A stretch of DNA of 64,000 nucleotides, taken from NCBI RefSeq assembly GCF_964355755.1, contig NC_092674.1:16678001-16742000 (forward strand). Direction: 5' to 3'. A program made the translations under genes and the position numbers. This DNA comes from Antedon mediterranea. Lineage: Eukaryota; Animalia; Echinodermata. This document shows positions 12,815-23,810 of the stretch, piece after piece (position 1 is the first letter of the stretch; every line of letters begins with the position of its first letter). The notes under the pieces are model-generated. The model worked only from the letters and a program-made list of their open reading frames with translations, made no database searches and was not told the origin of the DNA.

Positions 12815-13720
12815 GATAACTACACATAAACCTCAGGTCAAGAGTCAACATATAAGCACAAAAAAAAGATAGGTGTACGCAGAAAATTTGAAAATGTTCA
12901 AAATTAATTTCTAATCAAATCATCGTTTAGGAAATTTTGAGTGTAAAAAGATTTGGCCTTTTTTTGCATCATGCGCAAGGTTTTTGCACACATAGTACAT
13001 AATTAATGCAAAAAGTTTGTTTTAACAATTAATTTTTGTTCTTCATACCCTATGTGGTGAATTGCTATAATTTCCATGACCTCTAAATATCAAATAACGA
13101 CACATGCACACATGAAACTTAGTTAATTGTGCGACCTCCAATGGTCAATTTAATGCACATTTTTGTAAAATCATATCTTTTTAAATCTCTTATATAGCTC
13201 CTCAGAATGAAAGGTGACCACCAATTTGTTTTACTTATTATGGAAGCAAATGAGTTGTAGATATGAATTCATGTACACATTTGACGTGCAAAATGTTATG
13301 ACATCATCATATGGCCTGAATTTAAAATTTTTTTTTCTTTTATCTTAGACAATCATATTTAACAGAGCGCATATCGCTTATCTGTTATAATTTTCTCCCA
13401 AATTGTCTTCCAACTCATATCTGCTCAATTTGTTATCTTCCGAAATTGTCATCTTTATGTTTATTTTGATAACGTCATCATACCCAAAATTTAGAAGATG
13501 ATTTTACCTATACTACACTGTGTATAGATATACAGTATACTGTACATGCTACATGACACATAATTATTAGGCACAACTCAGCACCACTATAAGTGTATGC
13601 ATGAGGTCATAGGATGGCATACATCAACTTTTTTGCAATCCTATTTTAACGTATGTGCATGTTTTTTAAAATTAAATGTCACGTCAGTAAAATTATAAAA
13701 ATCACCTATAATTTGTCTAG
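12815..13720 (+). mobile_element. HINE family 1 3' portion
   Basis: Homologous to 21200-22277 plus 24310-24526; ends ...CACCTATAATTTGTCTAG|T, 27-28 bp before the exon acceptor. Confidence 0.7.
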
Positions 13721-13747
13721 TTATAGTTTTATTTTCTATTATTACAG

Positions 13748-13854
13748 ATGGTGCATTTGTTAGAAGTCCCTCACATTTTCATGCACTCTATTTGTGTTTA
13801 CAAGCAGTGGAGCGTAATGACATATCTGTATTAGCAGAAATGGATACATCACTT
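13748..13854 (+). CDS. RUBCN: Rubicon exon, end of RUN domain (DGAFVRSPSHFHALYLCLQAVERNDISVLAEMDTSL)
   Basis: CAG acceptor ending at 13747 and GTAAGT at 13855; phase 1 in, phase 0 out. Matches recalled Rubicon DAAFL...CLEAVEQN. Not in the ORF track. Confidence 0.88.
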
Positions 13855-14449
13855 GTAAGTGCTAAATTTATAATATTCTGGTTGAGAATAATGTTGGACT
13901 CGCAAATATTAAAATGCCCACAAATATGATAATACCCATATGTTTTAAAATAGTAGCTCGCAGGCCAGCAAGTGAAATGTAAGAATAAAATACTGCATGC
14001 AAACAATAAAACTTGGCCATGGACGATGACTGCAAGTTCCCATGACTTGCTTGACGGGAGTTCACAGGATCAATCCATACTTCTTCCAACTAACGAAATG
14101 CATTTTGGTTCATGAAAGACAACTTTCCTACAACAAAGTAGATTCTGCAGAAATGGGTCATCAAATTATATATACCGTGTGTTGTTATATAATTATTGTT
14201 GTGTATTGATTGATGAAATGCAGCAGAAACAAGCCTATGACACTGAAACTATTACTACACAATTATCCAACTGCCTCTTCAGGAAAGTGAATGAGAGAGC
14301 GTATCACATCAATGCTCATGTAAAAGAATAAATAATAGTCCAGTTTCCTATGTCATAAATAAGTCCTTTCATGTGCAAATCATGGGGAAAGTGTAAACAT
14401 TGTGTTTTATGAATATTTGAAGCATGCTGGTTATAAAAACGGATGCTAG

Positions 14450-14604
14450 TCAAGTCACCCCATCGCAAAGTCGCCCCATCGCAAAGTTGCCTCATACAAA
14501 GTCACCCCTTACAAGTCGCCCCATCGCAAAGTGGCTCCAAAACAAAGTTGTCCCATCCCAATGTCGCCCCAACGCAAAGTCGCCCCAACACAAAGTCGGC
14601 CCAC
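14450..14604. repeat. Degenerate ~16-bp minisatellite (CAAAGTCGCCCCATCG)
   Basis: About ten divergent tandem copies. Confidence 0.8.
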
Positions 14605-14732
14605 AGAACATATCGTAACTTTGTCAACATATCGACATTTACATGAACTTGTGCACCTCCTATTTTTGAATGACGTCAGAGTTGCGCAACGTGAATTACG
14701 CGAGATTTTATGAATTTCAATGATTGATCATA

Positions 14733-16533
14733 CAGTACTGACTACAAATCATGTACCATAACCTGCGTTTGTCGCGCGTGTAAAATATGTGTAATTGCCG
14801 CGTGCCTGTATTTGCCGTGTGGACCATGACGTCATCACTTTGTAGCTTTTTACTGGTAAAATATGGAACTCCCGGTACGACGCCCGCGACAACACACACG
14901 TGGATATCAGTTCTGTTTCTATTGTTTAGGCCTACCATCATATTTATGTAATCTGAACCTGCCCGTTACTGTATGTAACAAAGTTTCTTTTTTCTCTATT
15001 GTTAGGCAAACAATAAATAAGAAAGTTTATAGAATTCATGTAAATTGTTTTTCATCGGGGTTTTGTTTAGAGTTCACGTCGTATTATTTTATACAGTATA
15101 ATGTGAGGCGTACAGCGAGAAGTGTACAACAGCAGGGAGGCTAGGCTAGAATAGAGAGCTACTGTACCTAAGCCCCCCCACAAAAAAACATATTTAGCGA
15201 TCTTTAATAGGTGCCTAGGTCAATAAATAGCCTAATAATAGTAATATTATAAAATGATGTTTCCTTGTATTTTCATAACCGTAAGCCAAATATTTAAATT
15301 AAAATACAGAGCTAGTGTTTTAGGCCAAGTACATAAGGATTCCCGTACATAACTGTGAATGGGTTTTTCCGCCGCTCGGTGTAGAAAGTCAAATTATTAC
15401 GTTCTTCCAACACGTTTATTAAATGTCTTTTAGTATATTTCTATCTAACATGTCTGCATTGTATACTTGCTTTATAAATTCTCTGCTTATGAAATGACTT
15501 AATAAGTTGCTAAATTGACGTTTAAAGCAGATATTTGTCTGACTTCAGCCCATGTTTATAATGAAAACAAAACAGGGTTCCGAAAATGGCACAGTCCAAA
15601 ATGAGGTGTGCAATTAAATAATATCAACGTAAACATATGCGCACGGTATCAGGGCTGTAATTATAAGAGAACTGATTTTCCCTGGACGGGAAATGGTAAA
15701 AACTTGTATTTATTCGACCTCGCTTCTCTCTCGCTCTGGCTGTGTTCGGAGGATCGCTCCAACGTGGTTTCGTGGAGCGATTAATGGTCCAGTCCGTAAC
15801 AGGGGTGTACATTAGTTACCGCGCTAAATACATGCATGTCAATACTGGCGTTGTAATACTATATAAATTATTTCCTCCCCGACGGGGAATGGTAAAACCT
15901 TTATGTTATTATTTGGCCTAGCAACTGTGTGTACTCAATGGATGAACTCTACAACGTGGTGCGTACAGAAAGTACGTCATTCGGCCACCAGCGACGATCG
16001 TGTTTTGAAAGATATTGTTAATGGGTCTTTTCTACCTTGTTTTTTTTAATGAGTTTTCTCAAATACTTAATAAATATAACTTAAAAATATATATAAACAA
16101 ACTCTGAAAGCAAACTAGGCCTAGAATAGTAGTACTGTAGTGTAGTAGGCCTACTAACTAGCCTAGGGTAGTAATACTAATAGTATTTTATATCACATTC
16201 ACAGACATAATTGCATCATGGAGGTTAATTTTTACCTCCATGATTGCACTATGATAAATAAATCGATTTTTTATTTCAAATAGGCCTATATTTTGTTATA
16301 TAAAATGCTGTTATCCTGTACTGTAATTCCAGTTATTGTCTGTTTGATGATAATAATATATGAACAAAACATCAACAAGTTATAAATGCAGTTCGCTGCA
16401 GTTGAATTACTCAATGCAGTAATGCATGAGTGAATATGGACAGTATTGTTAGTACCTAATTACACGCGAGTCACGCGTTTTTCACACCCGTGTAAAATGT
16501 GTGGGCTTGGTATATGATATGTAGTCAGTACTG
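14733..16533. mobile_element. Non-autonomous TIR element with TA TSD
   Basis: TA|CAGTACTGACTACAAATCATGTACCA ... TGGTATATGATATGTAGTCAGTACTG|TA. Confidence 0.8.
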
Positions 16534-17374
16534 TAGATTATAAACCAAAAGTTATTTTATATTGACACTTAGTGAAAATTTAAGTCATATTAAGGGCAAA
16601 CTTTCTATGGATTAAAAATGGCATGTTTCACAAGAAATTATGCGCGCACGCCCATTTAAAATTTCAAAATGCGCAGAATTAATTTATAATCTAAGGTTAA
16701 GAAATCCAGCTACACCAATTCCCAGTCTAACATTATTGGTAGTGCTAAGGGGGAAAATGACATTTGTGACCTATGGCGTCAACATTTCTCCGATTTATTT
16801 AATAGTATTGACTCATCTGAGCATAAAACTGTACAGACGGTGAAATTGATGTTTCACCCCATAATATTAAGCTATTAATTGACAAATTGCCCAATGCTAA
16901 AGCAGCGGGATATGATGGTCTATGCAATGAGCATTTCAAATTCGCTTCTGAGCGTCGACTTAGTATTATTTTAAGTTCAACGGAAGTTTGTACGATTCCT
17001 GTCTTATAACTGTGTTAATTTTGCCTTTTCCATTGATTCTGTCAGCAATCGTCGAACGATATCTGATATGGTTTTTCTATATAATATTTTAAATTCTAAA
17101 TATGACTGTTCATTAATTTCACTATTTAGTTTAAATGTTCCTGGTCGTACACGAAATAGACATTTATTGCATATTCCTTTTAGCCGTGTCGACTGTACTA
17201 AGAGGGGACTTTTTTAAAGGCTACCTTATACATTTAATAATCTAAATAGCAATCATATCGATATTTTTAATGATAGACTTGGTTATTTTAAGAGGACGAT
17301 TATGTGTTCACTTCTTGAACAGCCTGCATAACCTGTTTGATTAATTGAAATTGTTTATGGCATGCCGATCTATG

Positions 17375-17420
<46 letters not shown>

Positions 17421-17427
<7 letters not shown>

Positions 17428-18373
17428 ATAACAGCAGAAAACTTGGTTACTTCATTGTTTTAATCACTACAAATTTGTTTCGTACGACCAGCATGTAGCT
17501 GGCCGCACTCTTCAGGTGAAATATAAAACATAAGTGACACAGTTGTCTCATAGTGCTTAATAAAAGTGAGTCATCAGGAAGTCGTATACAATAGCCTATT
17601 GTTTTAGATAAACTGTTTGGTTCTGCAATTTAGTAAGAATTTTTTCCTATGTCTACAAGTAGAGACTAACTCGTTCTTACGGTTCAGTGAGCACAGCTCT
17701 GGTTGACATATAATAACATACTTTTCATCATAAATTACATCTTTTGTTAATATTTGAGTAAGGTTTGCATTTCTTTATAATTTTCCATTTAATTGAGTAA
17801 TTTGTTTTAGAGTCTAAAGTGTCCATATATATTTACTGAGTTCCGTTGCATTTCTTAGTTTTTCGTTCCGGAATGAAGACGTATGGTTTCTGTATCTGGT
17901 TTTAAACTGGTTTTCAGTTAGTCCGACATATGTTTCTTCTTTTGATGAATCTTCTCTCTTTACTGTAGCTTGGTAAACTACACCTTTTGTTAGGCAGTTA
18001 CCTGGGAGCGGGCATTCATTGGGATTGCGGCAGTTACATCCGCTTGTTTTCGCGTTGGTTTCAGTAGATTTTTCTTTGGCTATCACATATTTGTTGTGTG
18101 CGTTAATTACTTTGTCTACACTGGGCATGCAACTGTAGCTTAGTTTCAAGGTATTTTTGTTAAATATTTTTCTGACCTTGTTGCCGGCAGGAAAACAATC
18201 TTCTACTATAGCTAAAAACTTGTGGCCGATGTTGGTTGCTACGTTTTTGCTGAATGGTGGGTTAAACCAAATTATGTTTCTGGTACGTGATTTTTTGGGC
18301 TTCTGCTGTTCAGCATTGAACTCAAGTTGATGGTTGTATCCACTTTCTTGAGGGCTTCCTGGTATAGGGGTGC
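17421..18373 (-). mobile_element. Penelope-like element 3' fragment (GIY-YIG endonuclease plus pseudo-LTR) in (TA)n
   Basis: ORF 17814-18149 has CNCRNPNECPLPGNC and GVVYQATV...ETYVGLTE...FKTRYRNH; WFNPPFSKNVATNIG upstream; (TA)n on both flanks. Confidence 0.9.
17464..17519 (-). ncRNA. Minimal type I hammerhead ribozyme
   Basis: Minus strand TCAC-CTGAAGA-GTGCGGCCAGC-TACAT-GCTGGTCGTAC-GAAA-CAAATTT-GTA-GTGA: intact core, 11-bp stem II, 4-bp stem I, palindromic ACAAATTTGT at stem III. Confidence 0.85.
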
Positions 18374-18531
18374 ATATATATATATATATTTTATCTGTAT
18401 TTTATTGTTAACCGTTTTTGATGTTGTATTGTTTTATGTTTCAAACCTGTTAGTGGCGGTATTTATCGCTGTTGGTTTTGACTGAATAAAATAAAATAAA
18501 ATAAAATAAAATAAGTGTATGTTTTAAGGCT

Positions 18532-19680
18532 ATGTTTGTTCACGGGTTTGTTCCAAGTAATCTCACAAAAGTCACGCTTGTTCCGGTAATTAAATCTAAA
18601 TCAGGGAATATCACTGATAAAGGGAATTATCGGCCAATAGCTTTGGCATGTGTAGCTTCTAAACTTCTAGAGTCTGTAATGATACAACATTGTGGTAATT
18701 CACTGGACTCCCATGACAACCAGTTTGCCTTCAAATCTGGTCACTCAACCGAATTGTGTATATTTGCTCTTAAACAGATTATCGAGCATTACAACAATCA
18801 TGGTAGCCCAGTTTATTGCTGTTTCTTGGACGCTAGCAAAGCCTTTGATAAAGTGAATCACTGGACACTTTTCAAGACCCTAATTGACAGGGGTTCCCCT
18901 TCACCTGTAGTTAAGATACTGAGGTCATGGTATAGGAATCAGGAATTTGTTGTCAGGTGGGGAAGTTCCGTTTCCGATTCTTTCACTGTTCGTAATGGGG
19001 TTCGCCAGGGAGGCGTTATGTCCCCTCTACTTTACAATGTGTACACTGATCCGTTAACTGTTGAACTGAGTAAGTCAAAAGAAGGTTGTGAAATTAACAG
19101 TCTTAAACTGAATTGCCTAAGCTTTGCCGATGACTTGGTCCTTTTGGCTCCGTCAGTGACTGGCTTACAAAGCCTAATTGGACTTGGACATATTACCTTA
19201 AATGGGGCACCTCTAATCGTTGATAATTCAATAACCTATCTTGGTCATGTGATCAGTAATAAACTGAGTGATGAAAGTGACATCAAACGTCAATATCGAT
19301 CTATTTGCATTAGGGCCAACTCTCTAAATAGAAAGTTTGGAAAATGTTCTACTAAGACTAAATGTTATCTATTTAAGAGTTACTGTGTCAGCATGTACTG
19401 TTCAACCTTATGGTGTAGATATAATAAGAGCACTCTGAGATCACTGAAAGTATGTTATAACAATGCCTTACGTTTGCTGCTGAAGCAGCCTAGACATTGT
19501 AGTGCAAGCATGATGTTTGTCTTAAATGACGTCCCATCCTTTGATGAGTTCATTAGAAAATCTGTTTTTAGTTTTAAAAATCGTGTGAACGCAAGTAGTA
19601 ATTCCTTGATCATGGCCATTAATCGCCACGTTCTTAGTGTGTCAAGAATGCACATACAATGGAATGCTTTGTTGCATTGA
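18532..19680 (+). CDS. LINE reverse transcriptase ORF (382 aa, truncated)
   Basis: NYRPIAL, FLDASKAFDKV, GVRQGGVMSPLLYNVY, FADDLVL and YLGH motifs. Confidence 0.9.
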   Translation: MFVHGFVPSNLTKVTLVPVIKSKSGNITDKGNYRPIALACVASKLLESVMIQHCGNSLDSHDNQFAFKSGHSTELCIFALKQIIEHYNNHGSPVYCCFLDASKAFDKVNHWTLFKTLIDRGSPSPVVKILRSWYRNQEFVVRWGSSVSDSFTVRNGVRQGGVMSPLLYNVYTDPLTVELSKSKEGCEINSLKLNCLSFADDLVLLAPSVTGLQSLIGLGHITLNGAPLIVDNSITYLGHVISNKLSDESDIKRQYRSICIRANSLNRKFGKCSTKTKCYLFKSYCVSMYCSTLWCRYNKSTLRSLKVCYNNALRLLLKQPRHCSASMMFVLNDVPSFDEFIRKSVFSFKNRVNASSNSLIMAINRHVLSVSRMHIQWNALLH

Positions 19681-22600
19681 CTTTATATATTTACATATCT
19701 TTGTTTTTGTTCTATGAGCTGTTAGATTAAGATTTTTTTTTTCTCTCTTTTGCTATGGATATAATATTATGTCACCATGATATTCCGAAATAAAAAGATA
19801 AATGAAAATGAAATAATCAACTTTCTACGCTGATCCTGACATTTTAAGCATGTGAAAAATTCCCACGCACGCGAACAATTTTGCGCGTAAGGTGCGCACG
19901 GAGCATGAAAATCATGTATTTTTCTCTTGAATTATGATTTTACAGCCTTTCCTAGTCATTTAAAAAAAGATTAACATCATTTCAAATTAAAATGACGTCA
20001 TACGAACACATTGATTTAGACCATTTGCGCGCGTTTTAGTTAAAAAAGTTATAAAATATTGTCAAAATAATGCCAATTTTTAATCTATTATAGCTCTTCA
20101 GGATCAAAGGTGACCCCAATTTTTTTAACTTTTTATGTAAGAATGCAGAATTTTTACCTCTCGGATGTTATGACGTCATGGTATGGCCACACGAATGTAA
20201 AATATAGGATTGTTGTCTCTTTCATTATTGCTCATCACATTCAACAGAGCGCATCTCGCTTATACATATTCCATTTCCCCCGGGATTTTAATATTGTCTA
20301 CGTCCATCAACTATCTTTTGCATGAGTTAAAAATATTTTAATTTTGATGACGTCATCATGTCTAAAAATGTAAATAACGTGGGTCACTTATTTTCATCTT
20401 TACAGTAAATTTTAATCTGTTATAGCTCGTCAGAATAAAAAGTGATAATCATGATTAAAACGTTTTCTGGAAGCTATTGGATTGTATACGAATCCATGTG
20501 AACATTTTGCCAATTATATGTTGTGACGTCATCATATGGCCAGTTGAATTGAAAAATCGTATTTTCATATTTTGCGTCATAGTTCATCACATTTAAAAGA
20601 GCGCATCATTATTTTATGGACTCAAATTTCTTCTACACGTTAATATGTTGTTCCTGAGATAATTTCCTTCTGAAATTGCTATCTAAGTGTTTCATTTTGA
20701 TACCGTCGCCATGTTAAAAATAGGAATAAATGGCGGGTCCCATAATTTCACCTATTCTACATGTATGTAATATGTATACAGATTATACTGTTTGCACTGT
20801 ATATACTATATGACACAAAATTGACAGAATTCAGCACTAACAGCATATCATATTCTTCAGTTCTTGTCATAATGCCATAATCCTTATCTGTGTGCAATAT
20901 TCCAACGTATGACGTGCACGTGGCGTTTGTCGTGGTGCGGATAACTAACTCGTCAAAGTGACGAGTTTCATGTCTAGTTATTTATTTCTCTCTGTACAAA
21001 TTTGGGTAACAATTATCTCAAAAAGTTATATGTCAATGATCACAAATTTTTCACAATGTCTTTTAAATACTTTAACTTAACCATAATAAGCTTTTCAGTG
21101 TGATCACTCAACCGTGACGTCATTAATACGCAATTTTGTGAAATCACACTATCAATCATATCTCCATAACTCTTTATCACATATCAATGAAATTCACTAC
21201 ACGTAAACTTCAGGTCAAGGGTAAAAATATTAGCAAATAAAAACTTACGCGTTTCAAGGTCATGCACGTGAAATTGCGCGTTAAAAATTTAAAAAGCTCC
21301 AAATTAAGTTTTGATCAATTTAGAGCATGAATTAGGCCATTTGCGTGTTTAAAAAAATTACTGCGCAAAAACACGTTTTTGCGCGTGCAATGCTTAAAAA
21401 GCGTAAAAAATACGAATTTTTTGTACAAATCGCAATTTACCCACCATCCTTAGTACATTCACCAAATTTGAGTCCGTTCCGACTTAAAATAACCCTATAC
21501 GAGCAGGTTAAAAATGACAAAATGCGCACATTAATTGCATCAAAGTGCTGAAAATGGTGAAAAATAGGTCTTTTTTAAAATGAAAATAACTTTTCAGAAT
21601 GCAAGATGACCTCTAATTTTTTAAACTTATTCGGGAAGCCATTGAGTTGTAGATATGAATTCATGTACATATTTGACGTACAAAATGTTGTGACCTCAGC
21701 AAATGGCCACTTGAATTTAAAAATTAGGATTTTTTAACTTTTTGTGTAGTTTATCACATTCAACAGAGCGAATCTCGGTTATTTGTGCTCGAATTTCTCA
21801 AAAATTTCAGTATGTGCTTGTTTTCATTATTTATCTTTCTCATGAGTTGTCGGCGTTTTCATTTTGATGACGTCATCATGCGTAAAAATTTGAATAACGT
21901 AGGTCGTGTAATTTCACCTACACCATACATTTGAATATCTTACAGCTCTTCAGAATTAAAGGTGACCTTGAAGATCATAATTTATTAAAAAAGCTGATGA
22001 AATGTAGATATGAATTCATATAAAAAATAAGCCTATTGGATGTTGTGATGTTATCATGGCCAGTTGAAGTTAAAAAGTTGTTTTTAAATTTCTTTAGTCA
22101 AAGTTATACAAATTTCAAAGAGCGCGCATTGCGCTTCTACGTGCCAAATTTTCCTCCAATTCTTATAATTGTTTGCTCAATTCATTATCTTTCGAAAGGT
22201 GTCAACTTCAAGTTTATTTTGATAATTCCATCATACCAAAAAATTAGAACATGATGTGTGTCCCGTAATTTCACCTATAGCCTGGGTGCAGAACAATTAT
22301 TATACACATTTGCGGGAAAAAAGTATAGGAAAATTTTTTTTTGGTTTTTCTAATAGAGTATACCATATGGAATGTCAGAAAAAAAATCCCCATCCCAGGG
22401 TCTTGGGGAAAATTTTTTATGGCACTTTTAAATTTTGGCCTATATAACACACACAAATTCCTATTAACTTGCACAAATACCTATATATAGGGGATAGGGA
22501 AAATCAATTAACAGTTTTTGTTACTTGCAGTTGTGTTTCAATGATTAAAATTAGTAGAGGCTTACTTTAATAACTACTTCTCATAGTAGTTGATGAATCA

Positions 22601-23454
22601 AGTCGATACGATGACATCATCATGCCAGAATCCAATATGGCGTCCAGTTTGGCGGGAAAAACAGGGTATTGCTAAACCCCCGCAAACCCCTGGAAACCTC
22701 CAAAAAAAACATAGAAAACCCCACCGAACCGACATAAAAGTGATTGAATCATGGAGTGTACGCCCCACTGGGTATGTCCATGTAAAAAAAAATTAAAATT
22801 TCTACTGTTAACTACTTATTTTTGGGATAAAACGTCATTTTTTGGTTAAAAATTAGCATTTATTTTTTACCAAAAAATGATGTTTTACCCCAAAAATAAG
22901 TAGTTAACAGTAGAAATTATATTTTTTTTAAACATGGATATACCCAGTGGGTTGTACACTACATGATTCAATCACTTTTATTATGTTGGTTCAGTGGGGT
23001 TTGCTATGTTTTTTTTTAGGTTTGCAGGGTTTAACAATCATTTTTGACCAAAAAAATGATGCTTTACCCCAAAAATAAGTAGTTAACAGTAGAAATAAAT
23101 TTTTTTTTTTTACATGGATATACCCAGTGGGGCGTACACTCCATGATTCAATCACTTTTATGTTGGTTCGGTGGGGTTTGCTATGTTTTTTTGGAGGTTT
23201 GCAAGGGTTTGCGGGGTTTAGCAATACCCTGTTTTTCCGCCAAATTGGACGCCATATTGGATTCTGGCATGATGATGTCATTGTTATCGACTCGATTTAT
23301 CAACTACTATGAGAAGTAGTTATTAAAGTAAGCCTCAGCAAATTTTAATCATCATAACACAACTTCAAGTAAAAACAAGCACGAATGTGCAATACTCGGG
23401 GTACAGCGAAAGAAGCTGTATACAGACATATACAGTTAGAAAGTAAAGAAAATA

Positions 23455-23525
23455 GGTTTCGCCAGGGCTCGAACCGGGACCTTCTGCGTGTTAAGCAGAC
23501 TTGACAACCACTACACTACGAAACC
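23455..23525 (-). pseudogene. tRNA-Val(AAC)-like, degenerate
   Basis: GGTTTCGTAGTGTAGTGGTTGTCAAGTCTGCTTAACACGCAGAAGGTCCCGGTTCGAGCCCTGGCGAAACC; D- and T-stems imperfect. Confidence 0.7.
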
Positions 23526-23738
23526 TCTTACATTAAAAATGTGGGTTACAGAAAGTTTTTTAATCCATTTAAATTACAAATAAATGGTAATAAGCACAAA
23601 GCAAAATAAACATGTGTAAAAGTGATAATTACCGATTACACAAAATAAGTATTTTAAAAAATAATAAAAATAAGATATACTCTGTATAATTGTCATATTG
23701 CGTATACAGTACTTTTCACCATAAATTAAAAAAAAAAA

Positions 23739-23810
23739 GGTTTCGTCCGGGCTCGAACCAGGTACCTTCTGCGTGTTAAGCAAACGTGATAACCACTACG
23801 GCAAGAAGCC
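23739..23810 (-). pseudogene. tRNA-Val(AAC)-like, degenerate, followed by oligo-T
   Basis: ...GTAGTGGTTATCACGTTTGCTTAACACGCAGAAGGTACCTGGTTCGAGCCCGGACGAAACC then a T run; 5' acceptor strand mutated. Confidence 0.7.

Larger units (their letters stand above)
16977..18511 (+). mobile_element. 3' fragment of a second LINE with (AATAA)n tail
   Basis: Translation SVSNRRTISDMVFLYNILNSKYDC...LNVPGRTRNRHLLHIPFSR; tail at 18485-18511; TSD TAAGT at 16972-16976 and 18512-18516. Confidence 0.75.
16692..19812 (+). mobile_element. 5'-truncated LINE (RT), split by a second LINE
   Basis: KAAGYDGLCNEHFKFASERRLSIILS (about 16899-16976) continues as VCFKAMFVHG at 18517; A-rich tail; TSD ATAATC at 16686-16691 and 19813-19818. 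Confidence 0.85.
14606..20978 (+). mobile_element. HINE family 1a copy, interrupted by a MITE and a LINE nest
   Basis: 14606-14718, 16536-16691 and 19813-20978 are collinear with the intact copy at 26207-27763; ends TGCGGATAACTAA-CTCGTCAAAGTGACGAG-TTTCATGTCTAG|T. Confidence 0.8.

Noticed and set aside
14424-14713. Three overlapping ORFs
   Set aside because: Caused by a stop-poor minisatellite.
17540-17740. Selenocysteine TGA, SECIS or a second hammerhead (CTGATGA) in the Penelope fragment
   Set aside because: The TGA after RCNL is better explained by a small deletion; no SECIS core geometry and no correctly placed GAAA.
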